From: a bacterium
GTDB taxonomy: Bacteria > UBA8248
Reading direction: 5' to 3'
DNA length: 64,000 nucleotides
NCBI GenBank assembly: GCA_965213625.1
Contig: CBDBZU010000004.1
Coordinates: 224,001-288,000, forward strand
In this document: one piece after another, positions 18,174-26,874 of the stretch
How positions within the stretch are numbered: the stretch's first letter is position 1
Layout of the letters: every line of letters begins with the position of its first letter
The notes under the pieces: model-generated
What the model saw: the letters and a program-made list of their open reading frames with translations, nothing else
What the model was told of the DNA's origin: nothing
Database searches by the model: none
Translations under genes and position numbers: made by a program

Positions 18174-19496
18174 ATGGAATGCACGCCGGACCCGGCCATC
18201 CCGCCGGGGCGCGGGAAACCGGGCAAGGAGATGACCCCCGAGGAAGCGAACGGCTTCAAGCTCCTGGGCCACTGCGATTTCGGCGGACGCAACAAGGGCG
18301 ACGTCATGCAGCTTCTCGTGAAGGACGACTTCATACTCTGCGGCCACGTGGGCATGTCCGGCGCGGGCACGAGCGTCATCGACGCCTCCAATCCCCGGAA
18401 GCCGAAAGTCGTGAACCAGATTCCCGCCCCGCGCAACACGCACAACAACAAGCTCCAGATCGTCGGCGACATCATGGTCGTCAACAACGAGCAGTTCGGC
18501 GGACGCGGCCCCGATTTCGAGCCCTTCAAGGCGGGCATCGACATCTACGACGTCTCGAACCTGCCCGAACTCCGCCCGCTGGGCTATTTCCATACAGGAG
18601 GTCGCGGGGTGCACCGGTTCTGGTTCGGCGACGGCCGCTACGCGTTCCTTACGGCGGGGGACGATGATTACATCGATCAGTTCCTGAAAATCATCGATCT
18701 CAAGAACCCCACCCGGCCCAAGGAGGTGGGCCGCTGGGCAATGCCGGGCATGCGGAACGACGAGGAGCGCGACTGGTACCAGATGGGCCAGTTCCGCTTC
18801 AAGAAAAACAGACAGGGCGAATACATCCCCTTGGGCGGCGAGGCGCCCGAGGGCGTGCAGAAAAAACGCGCCTGCGTACACATGTCCATGAACGTCGGCG
18901 ATAGATGCTACGGCGCGTGGTGGGATTCTGGCTTCATCATCCTGGACATCGCCGACATCACGAACCCGACCCTCATCAGCCACACCCAGTGGCCGCCCGA
19001 GGAGAGTTCGGCCACGCACTCCGTGCTGCCCCTGCCGGAGCGGAACCTCTGCATCGTTTCGGATGAATGCACGGCGGAGGACATGGAGGATATCGAAAAG
19101 CAAATCCGCGTGATGGACATATCGGATGAGAAAAACCCGAAGGTGCTCTCCACCTTCCCGCACCCCGAGGGCGATTACGCTGAGCGCGGCGGACGCTCCG
19201 GCCCGCACAACCTGCACGAGAACCGCCCGGATTCGCTGATCGACGAATCCAGAGTTTACATGACCTGGTTCAACGGCGGCCTGCGCGTGTTCGACATCGA
19301 AGACCCGCTGAATCCCAGAGAAGTCGCCCACTACGTGCCCGAAACGCCCAGGCGCGACCCCATCCGCCCCCTGTGGGGGAGAGACTACGAACTCCTGCAA
19401 GTCCAGGTGGACGACGTCTACATGGCCGCCGACGACAGGGCCTACATCAGCGAACGCCTGGGCGCCGGCGTGTGGATACTGGAGTCCGATTTTTAG
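18174..19496 (+). CDS. LVIVD-repeat beta-propeller protein
   Basis: GAGGAG SD and TATAAT at 18138; repeated IDASNP, IYDVSN, IIDLKNP, ILDIADITNP, VMDISDEKNP, VFDIEDPLNP; conserved His motifs (THNNK, GVHR, ATHS, GPHN). Confidence 0.85.
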   Translation: MECTPDPAIPPGRGKPGKEMTPEEANGFKLLGHCDFGGRNKGDVMQLLVKDDFILCGHVGMSGAGTSVIDASNPRKPKVVNQIPAPRNTHNNKLQIVGDIMVVNNEQFGGRGPDFEPFKAGIDIYDVSNLPELRPLGYFHTGGRGVHRFWFGDGRYAFLTAGDDDYIDQFLKIIDLKNPTRPKEVGRWAMPGMRNDEERDWYQMGQFRFKKNRQGEYIPLGGEAPEGVQKKRACVHMSMNVGDRCYGAWWDSGFIILDIADITNPTLISHTQWPPEESSATHSVLPLPERNLCIVSDECTAEDMEDIEKQIRVMDISDEKNPKVLSTFPHPEGDYAERGGRSGPHNLHENRPDSLIDESRVYMTWFNGGLRVFDIEDPLNPREVAHYVPETPRRDPIRPLWGRDYELLQVQVDDVYMAADDRAYISERLGAGVWILESDF

Positions 19497-19632
19497 GGAG
19501 GTGTTTTTTCATTATTTCCAATCACATCAGGTGTTGAAACATTTTTATTTGTAGAGTATCTTGATGCTCTGAATTTCGCCCAAATTTTATCTCATCTGTA
19601 CTAGACCAGTACACATTAGACAGAAAAATTCT

Positions 19633-21423
19633 ATGACTTTCTCGAATCGATTTAATATTGAAGACAATGAACTTCTGCGCATTCCACAGCGCGAAGGGTG
19701 GGTACATATCCGTGATTATTATGGGACGGGTGAGGCCACTAGATTTGCCGGAGTCGTCCTTCCTGTCGGTTGTGGAAAATCCGGGCTCATCGCCATTACT
19801 CCGTATGCGCTTGATGCTCACCGAGTTCTAGTCATTGCGCCTGGAACACGAATTCGTGATCAACTTGTTGATGATATGAAATCAAGTAGCGCTAATAACT
19901 TTTACGAGAAATGCGCTGTGCTCGAAATTGATGACGATTTCCCCGAAACTGTTGTTGTCGCAAGTAGGACGGTCAATCACGATGATCTGCAAAACTCGGA
20001 GATTGTCGTTTCGAATATCCAGCAAATTGCAGGTGAAGAAAACCGTTGGCTGGATGAATTTGGAGATGACTTTTTCGATTTAATTCTAGTTGACGAAGGC
20101 CACCACAACACAGCAGCGTCTTGGCAACAGGTCTTTGATCGCTTTCCTAACGCCCAAGTGATAAATTTCAGTGCGACTCCCACACGTGCTGACGGACAAC
20201 TTATGGAAGGGGCTGTGATTTACTCCTTCCCAGTAGTTCGTGCAATTCAAGCCGGATATGTGAAACGTGTAGCAGCCAAGATGTTGAGGCCTTCCGAGTT
20301 GACTTATGTTGATCAGAGTTCGGGTGAAGAGTGCACAATCGAGCTGGAAGATGTGATTAGACTTGGCCAAGAGCATGCCGAGTTCCGCCGCGGAATCGTG
20401 ATGTCAGATGAATCGCTGTCATCCATTGTGGACTGTTCTATTGGTGAGTTGCGGCGTTTACGTGAGGAAACTGAGGAACAACGCCTTAAAATCATTGCAT
20501 CAGCCTTGAATATCGATCATTGCATCCAAATTGTAGAAGCATTCCGTGCTCGGGGTATGCGAGCAGATTATGTCCATTCCCGAGTAGGACAGAACGCGAA
20601 TCAGCTTGTACTCCAAAAGCTCGCGAATCATGAGTTAGATGTAATCGTACAAGCACGAATGCTCGGTGAGGGCTTTGATCATAAGTATCTAGCTGTGGCA
20701 ATGGTAGGCAGCATCTATGCCAATCTCTCGCCGTTCGTTCAGTTTGTCGGTCGGATCATGCGCGTAGTCGAACAGAATATGCCATATAGCCAGCTTAATC
20801 GGGGAGTTGTTGTCTTCCATGCAGGTGCAAACGTCGCGCAACGCTGGAACGACTTCCGATCCTTCAGTGATGCAGATCAGGCATATTTCGCGGACCTTCT
20901 ACCTGAGGCCGAAAATATCGACTTCGACCCCACAGGCCCTACTGAACGTGAGCCTGGCGGCATTGGAAATATCCAACCTATAGATGTGGTCTCTGAAACG
21001 GATGTACTAGCAACGGACATGGATCCTATTGGAGATCCAGAAATTATTGCTTTATTACAACAACTAGCTGATCGGGGGATTACTCCAGACCAAGCAGCAG
21101 CTGGTATTCGCCGTATCCGACCGACCCGACAAGATAAGAGACTGGCGCGTCGCAATTCATTGAGCCAACGAATTCAGAATGAATCAGGCGGCATCCTAGC
21201 TCGATGTGGAATCAATCCTGGGGGACAAACACTGGACCCACGACGACAGAAGGCGAACTACCAATGGGTCGTGAGTGAATTGAACAAACGAGTGAATGCG
21301 AGCGTAGCCCAAGAAAATGCCAATCGTGAGAATTTTACTCTAGAACAGTTAGAAACTGCCCACGATGCTTTGGAAGCCCAAGTTGCAATCCTCGAAGAGG
21401 AGTTGCGAGATGCCAAAACCTAA
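19633..21423 (+). CDS. SF2 DEAD/DEAH helicase (ResIII-like) without an evident nuclease domain
   Basis: Q-motif LRIPQRE, Walker A LPVGCGKS, DEGHH, SATP, MLGEGFD, QFVGRIMR; visibly AT-richer than the flanks. Confidence 0.88.
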   Translation: MTFSNRFNIEDNELLRIPQREGWVHIRDYYGTGEATRFAGVVLPVGCGKSGLIAITPYALDAHRVLVIAPGTRIRDQLVDDMKSSSANNFYEKCAVLEIDDDFPETVVVASRTVNHDDLQNSEIVVSNIQQIAGEENRWLDEFGDDFFDLILVDEGHHNTAASWQQVFDRFPNAQVINFSATPTRADGQLMEGAVIYSFPVVRAIQAGYVKRVAAKMLRPSELTYVDQSSGEECTIELEDVIRLGQEHAEFRRGIVMSDESLSSIVDCSIGELRRLREETEEQRLKIIASALNIDHCIQIVEAFRARGMRADYVHSRVGQNANQLVLQKLANHELDVIVQARMLGEGFDHKYLAVAMVGSIYANLSPFVQFVGRIMRVVEQNMPYSQLNRGVVVFHAGANVAQRWNDFRSFSDADQAYFADLLPEAENIDFDPTGPTEREPGGIGNIQPIDVVSETDVLATDMDPIGDPEIIALLQQLADRGITPDQAAAGIRRIRPTRQDKRLARRNSLSQRIQNESGGILARCGINPGGQTLDPRRQKANYQWVVSELNKRVNASVAQENANRENFTLEQLETAHDALEAQVAILEEELRDAKT

Positions 21424-21631
21424 GTCCTTACTTAAGAATGTAAAAATCACTAAAGCAAAACGGGCACATAACTGTAAACATAATGCACGACATCGTATTG
21501 AGAAAGATGATTTGCGGCTGACCGTCAAAGAGGGCCAAAATAAGCAGAATTACTGTTTAGTCTGCGGTTCTAAATTCGTGGACACGGCGATAAACTTTCT
21601 AAGCGAGTTACGTACTTCTCTACCGGATTAG
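21410..21631 (+). CDS. Small basic zinc-finger protein (PARP-type ZnF-like), coupled to the helicase
   Basis: GAGGAG SD; ATG overlaps the helicase 3' end; AKRAHNCKHNARHRIEKDDLRL...YCLVC. Confidence 0.7.
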   Translation: MPKPKSLLKNVKITKAKRAHNCKHNARHRIEKDDLRLTVKEGQNKQNYCLVCGSKFVDTAINFLSELRTSLPD

Positions 21632-21671
21632 TTAATTTTCTGTCTAATACCTAAGCAGTTGATATCCCCCA

Positions 21672-21848
21672 CTAACCCAGCTTCTCACCGAAAAACGCGA
21701 GCGTTTTCTCCCAGGAATCCTCGCTCTGTTCGGCACGGAAGCGCTCGGGGTTGTCCTCCCACTGAAAGGTGTGGCCCGCGCCGTCGTAGCGGTGGAAGAC
21801 GTATTCGACGCCAGCGCCCTTGAGCGCCGCCTCGTAGTCGCCCACGTC
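21672..21848 (-). pseudogene. Diverged duplicate of the 3' end of the dienelactone hydrolase gene
   Basis: Near-identical to 22677-22853 (cccagcttctcaccgaaaaacgcgagcg...cgcctcgtagtcg); own TAG stop; no 5' part. Confidence 0.9.
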
Positions 21849-21912
21849 TCTATCTGTGCTATTCTGAAATTGGAATGGAACGCATCAAGAACATCCTCAG
21901 CGAGACGAAAAA

Positions 21913-22641
21913 ATGACGGACATGATCACCGACCCCATACAGACACGCCGGGCTTTGTTGACGTGGCAGCGCCCTCTGGAGCAGCCCGGTTCCCGCGACA
22001 GGTTCGCGGTGGCCGAGTTGGCGCAATGCGAAGAAGGCGTGGCGTTTTCGTATTTGGATGAGGCGCGCCTCGCGCCTGCCCTGGAAACCGGATTCGGCGG
22101 CTATCCCGGCCTCGCGCTGGGCGATCCGCACGAGGCGGACACCGCGCTCGACGTACTGGCGCGACGACTCCCGCCCCGGGGTCGACCCGACTTCCATGAC
22201 TTCATGGAGACGTTCGGCCTCTCGCCGCAAGCCGATTTCTCCTACCTCAGCCTTCTGGCCTATACAGGCGCCCGCGTGACCAGTGATAGCTTCGGGGTCA
22301 CCGAGACTTTCGAAGGTTTCGACCGTCCTTTCCGCTACGTTTTCGACGTCTCGGGTTACAGGCATTATCGAAACGATGCGCTCGACTTGGAAGTTGACGA
22401 GCCCGTGGTTTTCCAACACGACCCGACCAACGAGTATGACCCTCATGCGGTAGCGGTGGCTCGCAAGAGCGGCGTTCGCCTGGGCTATATCAACCGCCTG
22501 CAAGCTCAAACGGTTAGTGAGTGGCTTGAGCACGGAAGCGTAGACGCCCGCGTATTCAGGCTCGGCGGCCGTTCGGTATATCCACGGCTATTCGTCATGG
22601 CCGATATCGAACCGGCTTTACAAGGGGTTCATGCGACCTGA
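21913..22641 (+). CDS. HIRAN-domain protein with HipA-N-like N-terminal region
   Basis: FDVSGYRHY, HDPTNEYDPHAVAV, LGYINR (HIRAN); N-terminal LTWQ...FSY...RRLPPRGRPDF...LLAYTGA. Confidence 0.8.
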   Translation: MTDMITDPIQTRRALLTWQRPLEQPGSRDRFAVAELAQCEEGVAFSYLDEARLAPALETGFGGYPGLALGDPHEADTALDVLARRLPPRGRPDFHDFMETFGLSPQADFSYLSLLAYTGARVTSDSFGVTETFEGFDRPFRYVFDVSGYRHYRNDALDLEVDEPVVFQHDPTNEYDPHAVAVARKSGVRLGYINRLQAQTVSEWLEHGSVDARVFRLGGRSVYPRLFVMADIEPALQGVHAT

Positions 22642-22676
22642 GAATCGCTGCGGCGTAATCTCCTTCAAACCTCCCC

Positions 22677-23396
22677 TCACCCCAGCTTCTCACCGAAAAA
22701 CGCGAGCGTTTTCTCCCAGGAATCCTCGCTCTGTTCGGCGCGGAAGCGCTCGGGGTTGTCCTCCCACTGAAAGGCGTGGCCGGCGCCGTCGTAGCGGTGG
22801 AAAACATATTCCGCGCCCGCGCTTTTGAGCGCCGCCTCGTAGTCGTCCACGTCCTCCGGCGAGGGGTTCTGGTCCTCGTTTCCGAATATGCCAATGACCG
22901 GGCACGCGATGTTTCCCGTCAGCTCGATGGCGGGCGGGTTTCCTGCGCCGCGCACTTCCTTCACGCCGCCGCCGTAGAAGACCGCGCACGCGGCGTAGCG
23001 CGAATCCGTGCACGCGGCAAGCCAGCTCACGCGCCCGCCCCAGCAGTGCCCGACGACGCCGATCCGGCCCGCGTCCACGCTCTCAATAGTCGCCAGGGCG
23101 TCGAAGCCCGCTTTCAAGTCCTGCGCCGTCTGCGCGTCGTTGAACTCATCGCGCTTTATCTGCATGTCGTCACTCTTGGACCACCAGTGGTAGAGAAACG
23201 GAACCGACACCGCGTAGCCGTTCGCCCGGAAGCGCTCCGCCGATTTCACCGTGAAGGGGTCGCCCTCGATTCCCCCGTGCCCCGGAATGTGCTGGCAGAG
23301 CACCAGCCCAGGATGCGGCCCGTCGCCCGCAGGCTCGTACAGGAAAATCTCCATCTCGCTGCCCTGGACTTCAGTCATCTCGATTCGGTAGCTCAT
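22677..23396 (-). CDS. Dienelactone hydrolase family protein
   Basis: GVVGHCWGG nucleophile elbow, FGNEDQNP, YDGAGHAF. Confidence 0.92.
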   Translation of the reverse strand: MSYRIEMTEVQGSEMEIFLYEPAGDGPHPGLVLCQHIPGHGGIEGDPFTVKSAERFRANGYAVSVPFLYHWWSKSDDMQIKRDEFNDAQTAQDLKAGFDALATIESVDAGRIGVVGHCWGGRVSWLAACTDSRYAACAVFYGGGVKEVRGAGNPPAIELTGNIACPVIGIFGNEDQNPSPEDVDDYEAALKSAGAEYVFHRYDGAGHAFQWEDNPERFRAEQSEDSWEKTLAFFGEKLG

Positions 23397-23501
23397 TTTT
23401 TCCCTCTCTTTTAAAAAATAAGAAGTCTTAAGTTTTCTTCACATTGCTATAAGTCATTTTAATTTCTGCGAATGGTTGAAAACGCCTCTCGCATGAAATA
23501 C

Positions 23502-24470
23502 TCAAGCGTCCTCGAACACCAGGTTCTCAGGCACTCCCCGAATGAAAGCCTCCACGTTGTCCACAGTTATGCGCGCCTCCCGCTCAACCGCCCCCTCGGT
23601 ATGCGCGGCGACGTGCGGTGTGAGGATCACGTTATCGAGCGTTCTGAGCGGAGAATCCCCCGGCAAGGGCTCATCCGGCTCGAACACGTCGAGGCCTGCG
23701 CCCGCGATCCTCTTTTCCCGCAGCGCTTCGAGCAGGGCGTCCATATCCACCAGGCCCGCGCGCGAGGTGTTAATCAGAAACGCCGTGGGCTTCATCCCCG
23801 CGATGCGCTCTTTGGAGATGATGCCCTTCGTCTCTGGCGTCACGTGAAGCTGTATCGTCACGAAATCACAGCCCATGCACGCATCGAGCGATGCCGCGCG
23901 CGCTCCTTCTTTCGCCGCGCGCTCAGGCGTCATGCGCTTCGACCACGCCAGCACCTCCATCCCGAAGCCCCGCGCCATGGGGACGACCTTGCTTCCGATG
24001 TGCCCGAAGCCGATCACCGAGAGCGTCTTGCCCAGAAGCTCCACGCCCTGGACGCGCTCCCACACCCCCGCCCGCATGGCCGGTCCCTGGAAGGGCAGCC
24101 GCTTCGCGAGGCCTAAGACCATCATCATCGTGTGCTCGGCCACCGAGGGACTCCCCGCTCCGGGCGTCACGGAAACCGTAACGCCCCGCTCACCAGCACG
24201 CTTCATGTCCACCACACGGGGGCGCGTACCCCAGATTGAGATAAAACGCAATTTGCACGCTGTTTCAAGCAATGCAGTGTTCTTGAAATCCGTCTGAAAG
24301 CGCACGGTCAGTATGATTTCCGCATCGGCAATGCGATCCGCCATGTCCTCTTCACTCGCAGGCCGCCCGGTGAAATGGGCTACCTCGCCAAGCTCCTCGA
24401 GGCGCGCGAGCTGGGGCGAGTCTGTGAAGTTACCCTCGTAGTCATCCGGAATCACGATTTTCACATTCAC
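23502..24470 (-). CDS. D-isomer-specific 2-hydroxyacid dehydrogenase
   Basis: VIGFGHIG, INTSRAG, LDVFEPDEP, TPHVAA. Confidence 0.9.
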   Translation of the reverse strand: MNVKIVIPDDYEGNFTDSPQLARLEELGEVAHFTGRPASEEDMADRIADAEIILTVRFQTDFKNTALLETACKLRFISIWGTRPRVVDMKRAGERGVTVSVTPGAGSPSVAEHTMMMVLGLAKRLPFQGPAMRAGVWERVQGVELLGKTLSVIGFGHIGSKVVPMARGFGMEVLAWSKRMTPERAAKEGARAASLDACMGCDFVTIQLHVTPETKGIISKERIAGMKPTAFLINTSRAGLVDMDALLEALREKRIAGAGLDVFEPDEPLPGDSPLRTLDNVILTPHVAAHTEGAVEREARITVDNVEAFIRGVPENLVFEDA

Positions 24471-24642
24471 TCGCCTTAAGTCTCAGTTTCGCCGGAGGCA
24501 ATTCGCCCTGTCCGTTCATGGGTTTACGCATCCACGGTATACCCCAATATGATTGACAGAACATAGCGTCTCAAGTAGTGGTACGAAATCGGGCAAATCA
24601 CCATTGACTTGTCTCGCTTTCAGAAGGATGCGCCTAAACGCC

Positions 24643-25821
24643 ATGATGCCGGACTTAAGCCCCGAAGAATCCGAGATGGTGCGCCGCGCGCGAAAGATTG
24701 CGCGTGAGGACATCCTGCCCATCGCCGCGGCGAGGGACAGGAACTACGCGCCCGGCGAGGCCTATCCCTGGCATATCGCCGATAAGCTCGACGCCGCAGG
24801 CTTAAGAACGCTCACCGTGCCCGAAAAATACGGCGGCTTCGGCGCGCGCCATCTGGTGCAGGCCATGGTGGCCGAAGAACTCGCCTATGGCGATCTGGGC
24901 GTCGCCGTCTCGATGGACCAGACCTACAAGTTCGCCCAACTGCTCACGGTCGAGACCACCCAAAAACAGCGCGACTTGTACCTCGATGACTTCATGAACG
25001 ACTCGAGAGCCCTGCTCGCCCTCGCCACCACGGAGCCCCAGAGCGGGACCGACACCTTCCTCATGCACGACGAGCCGGGTGCAGGCCCGCGCATGACGGC
25101 GAAACAAGAGGGTGACTTCTATATCCTGAACGGCACGAAGCACTACATTTCAAACGGCGGCCTGGCGAAGTATTACTTCATCTTCGCGCGCACGGCGCCC
25201 GAGAAAAAGATGAGCGAAGGCCTCACCTGCTTCCTCGTGCCCCGCGATACGGAAGGCTTCGAGATCGGTGAGGCGCACTCGAAGCTCGGCAGGCGGCTTC
25301 TTCAAAACGGCGAACTCGTACTCAGAAACTGCCGCGTGCCCGCGCATAATCTCTTCGGCGAATGGAACGGCGGCCTCTCTATCCTGAAGCGCATGGTGAG
25401 CGGCGCGCTCATCCCGGTGATGGGTCCCTCGCGCCTCGCGTACGACCTCGCGCGGACGGCCGCGCAGGAGAGCGGCGCGGCGAGCGAACAGTGGGCGCAG
25501 ATGGCGCTCACGGAAATGTATATGCTGATTGAGGCTTCGAGAACCTACCTGTATTCTGCGGCATGGCATGCGGAGAAGCCGACGGACGATTCGAAGCGCC
25601 GTCTCATGTCCAAGGTGTTCGCGTCTGAGGCGGGCATCAAGGTCTGCCGCACCGCGATGGAAGTATGGGGGAGGTCGGGCGCGACCTGGCACGACGACAG
25701 GCCGACGCCCGAGAAATGCTGGCGCGACGTGCTGAGCTATCTGCACGGCTTCGGCACGAACGAGGCGGTGAAGCTCAAGGCCGCGCCGCTTCTCGCCCCC
25801 GCCGGTGAGGATGAATGGTAA
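24643..25821 (+). CDS. Acyl-CoA dehydrogenase-family protein (putative alpha subunit of a heteromer)
   Basis: VPEKYGGFG, ATTEPQSGTD, NGTKHYISNGG, WRD...HGFGTNE; lacks the RxQxGxPI motif. Confidence 0.85.
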   Translation: MMPDLSPEESEMVRRARKIAREDILPIAAARDRNYAPGEAYPWHIADKLDAAGLRTLTVPEKYGGFGARHLVQAMVAEELAYGDLGVAVSMDQTYKFAQLLTVETTQKQRDLYLDDFMNDSRALLALATTEPQSGTDTFLMHDEPGAGPRMTAKQEGDFYILNGTKHYISNGGLAKYYFIFARTAPEKKMSEGLTCFLVPRDTEGFEIGEAHSKLGRRLLQNGELVLRNCRVPAHNLFGEWNGGLSILKRMVSGALIPVMGPSRLAYDLARTAAQESGAASEQWAQMALTEMYMLIEASRTYLYSAAWHAEKPTDDSKRRLMSKVFASEAGIKVCRTAMEVWGRSGATWHDDRPTPEKCWRDVLSYLHGFGTNEAVKLKAAPLLAPAGEDEW

Positions 25822-25869
25822 ACTCAAATTGACGGATGTTTCCGTCACACACCCGAGAAGGAGACAGCA

Positions 25870-26838
25870 ATGCCCTCTTACAAGAAATCGGACTCACGCG
25901 CCTACTGCAAGGAGAACATGCGGGGAATCTGGGCCGCCATCCCCTACCCCTTCGATGAGAACGACAACATCGACGAGGCGGGTTTTCGCGCCGATATTCG
26001 TCATTACATCGACAACCTCGACATCAAGGGGTTTTTCGTCGGCGGGATGATCGGTGAATTCTGGTGCCTGACGAAAGAAGAGCGCCTGCGCGGACAGGAA
26101 ATCGCCTGCGACGAGGCGGGTGACGTACCCATCATCGCGCACACCGGCCACACTTCCGCCAAAGAAGCTATCGAACTCACCAACGCGGCGATTGATGCGG
26201 GCGCGACTTACGCCATTCTGGCGAATCCCTACCTCGGCGCGCAGGGGATTCCCGAGCGCGTGCGTGCGTTTTTCAAGGAATTCTGCAGCAACGTGGATAT
26301 CGGCGTGTCCCTGTTCAACACGGCGGCGACCGGCTATTCCCTCTCGGCGCCCCTGGTCAAGGCAATCGTCGAGGACAACGAAAACCTCTGCTGCATCAAG
26401 AACGCGCAGCCCAAATACCACTGCGACGAGGTGCGTGAAGCCGTGGGTGAGGATATCGTCGTGAGCGACCCCATGGAAACCCAGTGGTTCTTCAACCGCG
26501 CATATCACAAGCAGCAGACCTACATGAGCGGCCCCGACCCGTTCCTGTTGCAGCGCACCGGCAATCTCAACATGCAGCGATACACCGACTTGATCGACGA
26601 GGGGAACCTCGAGGAAGCCTGGACCGCGCGCGAGTCCATGAACCCGATTCGCCGCGTGGCCGACAAATGGCTGTGGGAGCCCTGGGCGCGGGGTGCGTTC
26701 CCCATCGCCGCGCTCAAGGACTGGATGGACCTCATGGGCATGCACGGCGGCCCCTCGCGCGCGCCGATGATCCCCCTGAGCACGGACGAGAAGGCGGAAC
26801 TGACATCGGATCTCAAGAGCGTGGGCCTCATCGACTAG
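25870..26838 (+). CDS. Dihydrodipicolinate synthase-family aldolase/lyase
   Basis: GGMIGEF, Schiff-base Lys in CIKNA, GGPSRAP; AGGAGA SD. Confidence 0.85.
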   Translation: MPSYKKSDSRAYCKENMRGIWAAIPYPFDENDNIDEAGFRADIRHYIDNLDIKGFFVGGMIGEFWCLTKEERLRGQEIACDEAGDVPIIAHTGHTSAKEAIELTNAAIDAGATYAILANPYLGAQGIPERVRAFFKEFCSNVDIGVSLFNTAATGYSLSAPLVKAIVEDNENLCCIKNAQPKYHCDEVREAVGEDIVVSDPMETQWFFNRAYHKQQTYMSGPDPFLLQRTGNLNMQRYTDLIDEGNLEEAWTARESMNPIRRVADKWLWEPWARGAFPIAALKDWMDLMGMHGGPSRAPMIPLSTDEKAELTSDLKSVGLID

Positions 26839-26874
26839 CTCGCTGAACTTCTCGCGTTCATAAGGGTTCGGCGC

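Noticed and set aside
19633-21423. Type I/III restriction-modification subunit
   Set aside because: No methyltransferase or specificity gene nearby and no evident nuclease motif.
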